DNA of 64,000 bases from Bacteroidia bacterium (GTDB lineage Bacteria; Bacteroidota; Bacteroidia; Bacteroidales; CAJPTX01): contig JABCPG020000023.1 of assembly GCA_013333195.2 (NCBI GenBank), positions 7,970 to 71,969 on the forward strand, read 5' to 3'. The translations under genes and the position numbers were made by a program. Positions 57,370-64,000 of this stretch are shown here, piece by piece. Position 1 is the first letter of the stretch; each line of letters starts with the position of its first letter. The notes under the pieces were generated by a model. It had not been told where the DNA came from. It saw nothing but the letters and a program-made list of their open reading frames with translations, and ran no database searches.

Positions 57370-58884
57370 ATGGAAAAGCGTTGGTGGATATTTGGAATGG
57401 GTGCTATTGCGCTTGTGGCCGCAGGATGCGGGGTTGTCGGGCAGGGAGGCGGTGGGGCGAGTCCAATGGGCAGTAGCTATTACACGCAGCAGGACGCTGC
57501 GCATGATAGGGAGCTGGAGCTGGCCCAGAGAGAGGCTGAATTGGAGAGGCAAAAACGTTTGGAGGCGGAGCGGCGTGCTGCCGAGGCTGAGCGCAAGGCG
57601 CGCGAAGCCCAGGATGCGGCGGCAAAGAGCGCGGCGAAGGAAAAGCCGCGTAGGGAGGATGTCGCACCCCAGCAGGGGGGGCGTGCCTTGGGCCCGGAGG
57701 ATTTCAGCTCTTACGCCGAGTATAGGGAGTATATCGATGCGCTCGATCAGGGTGGGGCAAGGCCGCAAAAGGCGAAAACGGATTCGTATGCTGAAAAAAC
57801 GAATCGATATCGCGATGGGCAGCCCGATAATCCTACCTACACGGAGCGTTATAGCGATAGGCAGGGGGCGACTACAATAAATAACTACTACGTGGAGAGC
57901 CCTGCGCGACGGTACGAGGCATCCGCCTGGAATTACTGGGGTAGTCGTCCAAGCTATAGTTACATAGTAACCTTCGATCCTTGGTTCAACGTTCGCTACC
58001 TGGTTTACCGCGATTGGTACGACCCATTTTATTATCGTACGTATTGGTACGACCCATTCTACGCTCCGTATGGGTATTCGTGGGGGTATGGCTACTATTC
58101 ATATGATTGTTACTACGGCTATTGGGCATACCCCTACGGGCGCAATGCCTGGGGGAATGGTTACTACTGGGGGTATAATGATGGATATCGTGATGGTTAC
58201 TACGGGGGAGGGTATTACCTGCCTTCGCAGGCGGCCGTGCCGTCTCCACGGCGGGTCGATGGGGTGAGGGCGCCGCAGGCTGTTTCCTCCATGAGTGGGT
58301 ATGGGCGAGCGCAGCGGTCGGCTTCTGCCGTCTTCGATGCGCGTTCGCGAACGCATGGGGCTGAAAGGGGTTTCGAAAGCGATAACTCTTACGTCCCATC
58401 CGCCGAGGCGCGTGGTGGTGTAGCCCCGCGGACTCGGACCCGTGCCGAGGATGCTACACCTTCCTATGGCGATATGGGGGGTGGCGCTGTGCACGCCACA
58501 ACGCCTAGAGGCGCCTATGAAGGGGGAACAGGTACCCGCACGCGCGTGAGGGATGCTTCTCCGGAAGAGGTGCGTCAACCTTCCTACTCGGATCCTACTC
58601 TCCCCAGCAGTTCTCCTAGTCGGGCAGATGTGGGGGGCAACGGTGGGGTAAGAACTCGTACCCGAGCCGAATCCAGTCCGGAAGGATACGTGTCGAGACC
58701 CTCAGCCCCTTCACCGAGTCGGAGCAGTGCTTCACCTACTCCTGCTACCAGAACGCGCGTTTCGTCTTCGAGTCGAGTCTCATCCCCTGCGCCTTCGGGC
58801 AGCGAACGCGCGTCTAGCAGTAGTTCGTCATCAGCGGCGGAGGGTTCAGGCTCTGCCACGCGGACGAGAACGCGTGAGCGTTAG
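57370..58884 (+). CDS. Low-complexity lipoprotein (coiled coil + Tyr/Gly/Trp-rich block + Ser/Pro/Arg tail with TRTR repeats)
   Basis: Lipobox VAAGC at aa 16-20. AGGAGG lies 7 nt upstream of the ATG. A 504-aa open frame in a compositionally extreme region. No family recognised. Confidence 0.65.
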   Translation: MEKRWWIFGMGAIALVAAGCGVVGQGGGGASPMGSSYYTQQDAAHDRELELAQREAELERQKRLEAERRAAEAERKAREAQDAAAKSAAKEKPRREDVAPQQGGRALGPEDFSSYAEYREYIDALDQGGARPQKAKTDSYAEKTNRYRDGQPDNPTYTERYSDRQGATTINNYYVESPARRYEASAWNYWGSRPSYSYIVTFDPWFNVRYLVYRDWYDPFYYRTYWYDPFYAPYGYSWGYGYYSYDCYYGYWAYPYGRNAWGNGYYWGYNDGYRDGYYGGGYYLPSQAAVPSPRRVDGVRAPQAVSSMSGYGRAQRSASAVFDARSRTHGAERGFESDNSYVPSAEARGGVAPRTRTRAEDATPSYGDMGGGAVHATTPRGAYEGGTGTRTRVRDASPEEVRQPSYSDPTLPSSSPSRADVGGNGGVRTRTRAESSPEGYVSRPSAPSPSRSSASPTPATRTRVSSSSRVSSPAPSGSERASSSSSSSAAEGSGSATRTRTRER

Positions 58885-58959
58885 GTCTATAATTTACGCG
58901 TAGGCTCCCGCATTGACGGGTGCCTGCGCAAGTATGAAGTAATGAGGAGAGCATGAAAA

Positions 58960-60510
58960 ATGAAAAAAATAGGTGTCGTAATAGGTTTTGGCTTAGCTCT
59001 TTTGAGCGCGTGTTGCGGGGCTGCCGTCGCGCAAACGATCGATGATTTGGTTTTATACTCCCTGGAGGATCCTTCAGGGTCGGCCCGGGCTGTAGGATTG
59101 GGCGGTGCGATTGGCGCTGTTGGCGGTGATGTGGCATCATCGGTGCTTAACCCCGCGGGGATTGGTCTATATAGGAAGGTGGAGTTCTCAGCGTCCGGAT
59201 CGTTGGGCGCGCATACGGTGCGTACAAGGTTTCTTGATCAGAAGAGCATGGCGCAGCGTTTAGCATCCGGATTTGATGGAGCGGCTGCGATTTTCTCAGT
59301 GCGGGTCGGAGGAATTGAAAAATCTGCCGGATTAATGAGGATCAATTTCGGGGTGACGTACAACAAGCTGCAAAATTTTAGCTACCGGCAGTCGTATGGG
59401 GGAGAAATCTTTGATAGCAATTCGCTTTTGGCAGCAGTAGCTAGCGAGGCGAATGGGTTGAAGCTTGTTGGAGATCTGTTGCTGCGGGATAAGTCGGGCT
59501 ACATGCCCTATGATGGGCAGCCGTGGTTCCCGGTTTCGGCTTACGGAAGCTACTTAATGCTCGATGGCGCCGCTAAAGGTACGTTCAAGCATCCCTGGAC
59601 GGTAGCTGCGGATGGGTCGATCGACGATCGGTTGCGCCAGTCTGGGGTGGTAAATGCGCGGGGATCCCTTGGAGAGATCGGTGTGGTAATGTCATTCAAT
59701 GTCTCTGACCGCTTTTATATCGGGGCAACACTGGGAATTCAGCTGTTTGAGCGTGAGGCCTCTGTGCGCCTGCGTGAGGAGGCCATCGCCAAAAATGATG
59801 ACGGTCTATTGTGGGGCGAATTTAATTCCTATGATGCCCGCAAGGGGCGAGGAGTTAATTTCAAGTTGGGAATGCTCTACAACCCCATCAGCGATTTGAG
59901 GGTCGGTTTCGCCATTCACACGCCGACTATCATGAATGTGAAATCCCTCTTCTCGTTACGTGCGGATGGCCGGTATCGCAATCCTGACCCTGCTTTCGGA
60001 GAGCCAAATGTGGGAAACCCCACTGATAGTTCCGGGATGTACCGAAACGATTTTAGCTACATGAGCCCGCTCCGCGCCTCGGCGTCCCTAGCCTATACGT
60101 TTGGCAAGCACGGGTTGCTTTCTGTGGATTATGAGATGGCTTATCTGCCCCTCATTCAATTCTCCGAGGCGACCTATTCCAACGATAATGGTTTGATCCA
60201 AAAGTATGTGCTCCCCACGCATGAGGTTCGTGTAGGGACCGAATGGTTCATGTGGCCGTTCGCGGTTAGGGTAGGAGGGGGGTATCGAACCTCGCCCTAC
60301 CGTAGCGATGAGTTCTCCCCGCTTCGCTGGAGATTATATTTTGGCGGTGGGTTTGGTTTCTACGGGCGTATTATTTTCTGCGATTTCGCCTACAGGCATT
60401 TCATTCAGCCCGGGGAAGGGTATATGTACCAGATGGGAGGATATCAGCGTGCCTACAACGCTCGCTACTACAGGGGTATGGGCATCCTCACCTTCGGATT
60501 GCGTTTTTAA
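58960..60510 (+). CDS. Outer-membrane beta-barrel protein, FadL/PorV-superfamily-like
   Basis: Signal peptide ending AVAQ. N-terminal GSARAVGLGGAIGAVGGDVASSVLNPAGIG motif as in the FadL/PorV-like family, alternating beta-strand pattern, C-terminal aromatic residue (FGLRF). Confidence 0.55.
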   Translation: MKKIGVVIGFGLALLSACCGAAVAQTIDDLVLYSLEDPSGSARAVGLGGAIGAVGGDVASSVLNPAGIGLYRKVEFSASGSLGAHTVRTRFLDQKSMAQRLASGFDGAAAIFSVRVGGIEKSAGLMRINFGVTYNKLQNFSYRQSYGGEIFDSNSLLAAVASEANGLKLVGDLLLRDKSGYMPYDGQPWFPVSAYGSYLMLDGAAKGTFKHPWTVAADGSIDDRLRQSGVVNARGSLGEIGVVMSFNVSDRFYIGATLGIQLFEREASVRLREEAIAKNDDGLLWGEFNSYDARKGRGVNFKLGMLYNPISDLRVGFAIHTPTIMNVKSLFSLRADGRYRNPDPAFGEPNVGNPTDSSGMYRNDFSYMSPLRASASLAYTFGKHGLLSVDYEMAYLPLIQFSEATYSNDNGLIQKYVLPTHEVRVGTEWFMWPFAVRVGGGYRTSPYRSDEFSPLRWRLYFGGGFGFYGRIIFCDFAYRHFIQPGEGYMYQMGGYQRAYNARYYRGMGILTFGLRF

Positions 60511-60613
60511 AATGTTGGGAGAAGGTCTCTGCATATGCGAAGATAGCATAAGGCAATTAATTTGCAGCTTTTTTCTTTACTTCGCGATGTGAAGAAATCA
60601 GAGTGAGTCTGTG

Positions 60614-61609
60614 ATGAAGAATGCCGGTGGCCTGCCCGGGGGTGGAGGGCGGCCAGAAGAAAAAACGCTTTTTGTAACCCTGTGGGATTTGAGCTTACCG
60701 ACCTCGGAGGCTATTGCAGACGATGCCAGAAGAGTGTTGCCGAGGAGTGTGGAATTCCCTCTTGTGGCGGATGGCGCCCAGGTTTGGGTGCGTCCCGAGG
60801 GGTCTACCGAGTGGACGTTGGGCCCCGTGGTGGCTGCGGATGTGACCGATCCGAACGAGGATGCGCAGCGCGTGATTCCCACGGTGATAGAAATTGAAGC
60901 CCTGCTCCCAGCAGCAAAGGGCAACCGTTTCGAGATAGGAGTTGAACCGCAGAATTTGCGTGGATTGCAGCTTGGCGGCTACTACTCGTCGCCGGATTGC
61001 TACGTTGCTACGCGCGATGCGCAGCGCCTGGTTAAAATTTTGCAATGGGGAACTGCCCAATGGCGCGAGATGTACGGGGCTTTTGCGGATTGCTCCAATA
61101 TGCAGATTGCCGCGGAGGACCTGCCAGATCTTTCGCGATGCGAGTCATTGCATAGCGCCTTTATGGGCAGTGGCGTTGTCGAGGGTTTTGAGCGGTGGGA
61201 TGTTGGGAAGGTAACTGACATGACGGCGCTCTTTTATGGTTGCGCATCTCTGGTGGGGAAAAGCGTCGCGGAGTGGGACGTGCGGAACGTCGATTCGATG
61301 GCCATGATGTTCATGGAGTGCGAACATTTCGATGGCAAGCTTGGGCATTGGGACGTGTCGAGTGTTCTCGATTTCTCATCAATCTTTTCGGGTTGCAGCG
61401 CCTTTCGGGGGCGTGGGGTTGAGCGTTGGAAGGTGCAGAAGGAGGCTAACAGGGAAGGCGCGTTCGATGGCTGTTTTTCATTGACGGAGGGGCTTCCTGT
61501 CTGGATGGATGAGGGGGAAAGCGCGGACGATGAACGCTACTCCGATGATGGCGAAATGCGCGAGGAGCGGGTTAGGAAGTTTCGTAAAGGGCCCGCTGAT
61601 GATGACTAA
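60614..61609 (+). CDS. DUF285 / BspA-type repeat protein without a recognisable signal peptide
   Basis: Three or four repeats of the W(D/K)V..V.....(M/L)F..C..F.G motif (ERWDVGKVTDMTALFYGCASL; EWDVRNVDSMAMMFMECEHF; HWDVSSVLDFSSIFSGCSAF). Acidic C-terminal tail. Confidence 0.7.
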   Translation: MKNAGGLPGGGGRPEEKTLFVTLWDLSLPTSEAIADDARRVLPRSVEFPLVADGAQVWVRPEGSTEWTLGPVVAADVTDPNEDAQRVIPTVIEIEALLPAAKGNRFEIGVEPQNLRGLQLGGYYSSPDCYVATRDAQRLVKILQWGTAQWREMYGAFADCSNMQIAAEDLPDLSRCESLHSAFMGSGVVEGFERWDVGKVTDMTALFYGCASLVGKSVAEWDVRNVDSMAMMFMECEHFDGKLGHWDVSSVLDFSSIFSGCSAFRGRGVERWKVQKEANREGAFDGCFSLTEGLPVWMDEGESADDERYSDDGEMREERVRKFRKGPADDD

Positions 61610-61681
61610 TAGCCCGATCCCACGGCTAGGTTGCGGGGTTAGAGCGGTTGCGTGCGGTGTGGGTATATTGGGAAAAGTTTG

Positions 61682-61689
61682 TACCTTTG
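61682..61689 (+). promoter_or_regulatory. -7 promoter box TACCTTTG upstream of rpsP
   Basis: Perfect TAnnTTTG, 52 nt upstream of the rpsP ATG. Confidence 0.5.
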
Positions 61690-61740
61690 CCTCGCGAGGG
61701 ACGGGATCCCTGCATGATCACTATAAATTATTATTAAGAG

Positions 61741-62274
61741 ATGTCAGTAAAGATCAGATTGAGTCGGCATGGCCGCAAGGGTGCTCCATTTTATCATATT
61801 GTGGTTGCCGATAGCCGATCGCCACGCGATGGCCGTTTCATTGAGCGTATCGGGCTGTACGACCCCACACGAATTCCCGCGCGCATAGAGCTGGATATGG
61901 ATAAGGGCGTGCAGTGGTTGAATAATGGGGCGCAGCCCACGGACACGGTGCGCCGCATTCTCTCCTATAAGGGTGTGCTGCTAAGGCGTCATCTGCTGCA
62001 AGGTGTTGCCAAGGGTGCTTTCGACGCCGACGAAATGGAGCGTCGTTTCTCGAAGTGGATGGAGGAGAAGCAGGCGAAGATAGATGCGGTGGCGAAGGCG
62101 GTAGAAACGAAGAGAGATAAGGCGGAGACGGTGCGTCGCGAAGCGGAAATGCAGGTTAACGAGGCGCGCCGTGCTGCCATTGAGGAAAAGAGAAAAGCGC
62201 AGCAGGCTGAGGCAGAAGCCGCGAAGGCTGCTGCGGAGGCTTCCGAGGGCGAGGTGGCGAAGGATGCGGAGTAA
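61741..62274 (+). CDS. rpsP: 30S ribosomal protein S16 (long form with Lys/Ala/Glu-rich C-terminal extension)
   Basis: [42 protein letters not shown] is the canonical S16 N-terminus. Confidence 0.93.
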   Translation: MSVKIRLSRHGRKGAPFYHIVVADSRSPRDGRFIERIGLYDPTRIPARIELDMDKGVQWLNNGAQPTDTVRRILSYKGVLLRRHLLQGVAKGAFDADEMERRFSKWMEEKQAKIDAVAKAVETKRDKAETVRREAEMQVNEARRAAIEEKRKAQQAEAEAAKAAAEASEGEVAKDAE

Positions 62275-62842
62275 GGAGCTCAAGGCCGCCCCTGCGAGGC
62301 AAGATTGCATTTGGATTGCCACGCTGCGAAAGCCAGTTGGAATTAAGGGAAGGGTCGCGTTCGCTTGGCGCGACCCTTTCTCTTTTGATAGTGTGCAGCT
62401 CTCTGAAGGGAGTTTCGCTTTTATTGAGCGCGACGGGTTGCTGGTCCCCTACGAGATTGAGGACCTCGAGGAGCGAGGCGATGGGAGTGCCACGGTGGCG
62501 CTAGGCCTGGTGGATACGGTTAATGGGGCTAAAGCTTTGCAGGGGTTGCGCGTTTACGTCCCGCAGGAGTTGGTTTTAGATGCACCGAGCGATGCGCTGT
62601 ACCAAGGGGATTTAGCGCAATTGCTGGTTGGCCATTACGTGGAGGATGAGGCCGGGAAGCCTGTCGGGAAGGTGCTCCACGTCGACCAATACCCCATGAA
62701 TATAGTGCTGACAGTTACGCGCCATGAAGGCGAAGAGGTGCTGTTGCCTCTCTCGGATGAGCTCCTTATCGAAATGCCGCAGGGGCAGACCCCCTCGAAA
62801 GATTCCCCGCTTCGGCTCCGCATCCCTGAGGGGCTTCTCTAG
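62264..62842 (+). CDS. rimM: 16S rRNA processing protein RimM
   Basis: Follows rps[17 protein letters not shown] (RimM N-domain) and a PRC-barrel-like C-half. Start chosen at MRSKEL (11-nt overlap with rpsP); the ORF track starts at 62171. Confidence 0.78.
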   Translation: MRSKELKAAPARQDCIWIATLRKPVGIKGRVAFAWRDPFSFDSVQLSEGSFAFIERDGLLVPYEIEDLEERGDGSATVALGLVDTVNGAKALQGLRVYVPQELVLDAPSDALYQGDLAQLLVGHYVEDEAGKPVGKVLHVDQYPMNIVLTVTRHEGEEVLLPLSDELLIEMPQGQTPSKDSPLRLRIPEGLL

Positions 62843-63149
62843 GGTGTATTTACGTCTAGAGCCCCAATCTGCAACGCGCATCCTACGAGGTGTGCGGCGA
62901 TGCGTGCATTGATGTGCGGATGCTTCTCATTCATCCTGTGGCGCCTGCCCGGTGGTGCGTAGTTCGCTGCGCAGGGGGGAGATTCGCTGCGCGCTATCAG
63001 TTGCCTGACGGTGTTTCTATCTCTTGGGCGTGCCGTTGCCCTAGGCGCGGAATCGGGGTAACCGGCGCACCTATTTCTATAATTGGCTTGCTCATCCATG
63101 TAAAAGATTGTAACTTGCACCCGTTGAAACTTGAAAAAAGGAGGAAAAG

Positions 63150-64000
63150 ATGGTTCGAGAGAACAGAGGCCGGCGAGTGCTGGGCATGGCGTTAAGCGTG
63201 TTTCTACTGCTGCTTTCAGTAGGGGTGACCTACGGAGCGAGGGAGGATAGGCCGTTGTGGCTGCGTTATTCTGCCGTTTCCCCTGATGGGAAGCTTGTGG
63301 CATTTTGCTACCGGGGCGTCCTATTCGTTGTGCCCGCAACGGGCGGTGAGGCCAGAGCGTTGACAACGGGGGCCGACTACGCGGCCGCGCCCGTTTGGGC
63401 TCCTGATGGGAAACAGATCGCCTATGAGGGCCATCGTTACGGGAATGCTGACATCTTTCTTATGCCCATCGAGGGCGGTGAGCCAACCCGATTAACGTTC
63501 CATTCGACGGGGGAGAGCCCCTTGGCTTTCAACGCCACGGGGGATAGCATCTATTTTAGGGCTATGTATACACCCAACGCCCGGAGTGGGGGATTCGTCA
63601 CCGGGTGGACAAGGCCCCTCTACAGAATGTCCGTCAAGGGGGGAGACCCAGCATTGCTACTGACCCATCCGCTGGCCGCGCTCGACCTATCGAAGGATGG
63701 GAAAACGATGCTCTTCGAGGACGTTAAGGGCAACGAAGATCCCTTCCGTAAGCATCATGAGAGCTCTATAACCCGCGATATTTGGAGCTACGACAGGACG
63801 AGCGGAAAGCTTTCGCTTGTCGTCGAACGTGCCGGTGAGGATCGCAACCCGAGGTACACCCCTGATGGGTCCGCCTTTTACTTCTTAAGCGAGCGCAATG
63901 GGCAATCCATGAATGTCTACAAGGCTTCGCTGTCCAACCCTTCGGCCGCTTCAGCGATTACGGCTTTTGAGAAGAACCCCGTGCGCAATCTCACGGTGTC
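63150..64000 (+). CDS. N-terminal part of a PD40/TolB-like beta-propeller protein, probably a tricorn-type (S41) or S9 peptidase; runs off the window
   Basis: My own translation from the ATG at 63150 is open to the window end: signal peptide, then repeated SPDGK..AF / APDGKQIAYE...GNADIFLMPIEGGEPTRLT / YTPDGSAFYF PD40 repeats. AGGAGG lies 5 nt upstream. It is absent from the ORF track because there is no stop in the window. Confidence 0.7.
   Translation, partial: MVRENRGRRVLGMALSVFLLLLSVGVTYGAREDRPLWLRYSAVSPDGKLVAFCYRGVLFVVPATGGEARALTTGADYAAAPVWAPDGKQIAYEGHRYGNADIFLMPIEGGEPTRLTFHSTGESPLAFNATGDSIYFRAMYTPNARSGGFVTGWTRPLYRMSVKGGDPALLLTHPLAALDLSKDGKTMLFEDVKGNEDPFRKHHESSITRDIWSYDRTSGKLSLVVERAGEDRNPRYTPDGSAFYFLSERNGQSMNVYKASLSNPSAASAITAFEKNPVRNLTV

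Noticed and set aside
61990-62274. Long Lys/Ala/Glu-rich C-terminal extension of ribosomal protein S16 (177 aa total) as a novelty.
   Set aside because: Extended S16 proteins of this size are the normal form in Bacteroidota, so this is not unusual for the phylum.
62839-63366. 175-aa minus-strand ORF spanning the rimM / PD40-protein intergenic region.
   Set aside because: The translation is Arg/Pro/Ala-rich with no motifs. It overlaps the well-supported plus-strand PD40 gene start (signal peptide, SD-like site). It is most likely spurious.
1-64000. Looked for CRISPR arrays, tRNA/rRNA/tmRNA/RNase P/SRP RNA signatures, transposases, integrases, toxin-antitoxin pairs, restriction-modification or other defence genes, and reverse transcriptases.
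   Set aside because: None were recognised by eye in any frame or in the intergenic gaps. Absence should be confirmed with Infernal/Rfam, tRNAscan-SE, and DefenseFinder or PADLOC.

Overview
This 64-kb chromosomal window reads as a Bacteroidota (Bacteroidales-like) genome. The evidence is a SusC/SusD pair, two proteins ending in type-A T9SS C-terminal sorting domains, a fused FeoA-FeoB, a long-form ribosomal protein S16, and seven perfect TAnnTTTG (-7) promoter boxes 20-55 nt upstream of start codons. Roughly two thirds is tightly packed core genome: dxr, rseP, aspS, an NfnAB-type oxidoreductase pair, ddl, miaA, feoAB, plsY, pgk, ftsE, a clpC-type gene, tpx, fabG, ftsY, rimO, proS, rpsP and rimM. 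I saw no rRNA, tRNA, CRISPR array, transposase, integrase or phage genes. The accessory block lies at about 21.8-41.7 kb. It holds a 3037-aa T9SS cargo protein built from an eight-fold bipartite repeat with junction-spanning Cys pairs. After that comes a CAZyme-less and regulator-less SusCD locus: lipoprotein Met-zincin protease, SusC, SusD, then a 1030-aa T9SS beta-propeller/B-repeat protein. I consider this locus the best candidate for an undescribed protein/peptide capture system. Other items worth a second look are an orphan membrane-embedded MCP and a translationally coupled pair of TPR-TM-PP2C sensors, the second of which has lost a metal-binding Asp. There is also an extreme low-complexity lipoprotein (coiled coil, a one-third-tyrosine block, five TRTR repeats) next to a FadL/PorV-like barrel and a signal-less DUF285 protein. 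Small regulatory oddities include a 3 x 11-bp tandem repeat and a 560-bp non-coding leader upstream of feoAB. All functional calls are motif recognition by eye on the supplied translations. No database search, structure prediction or statistics were run.
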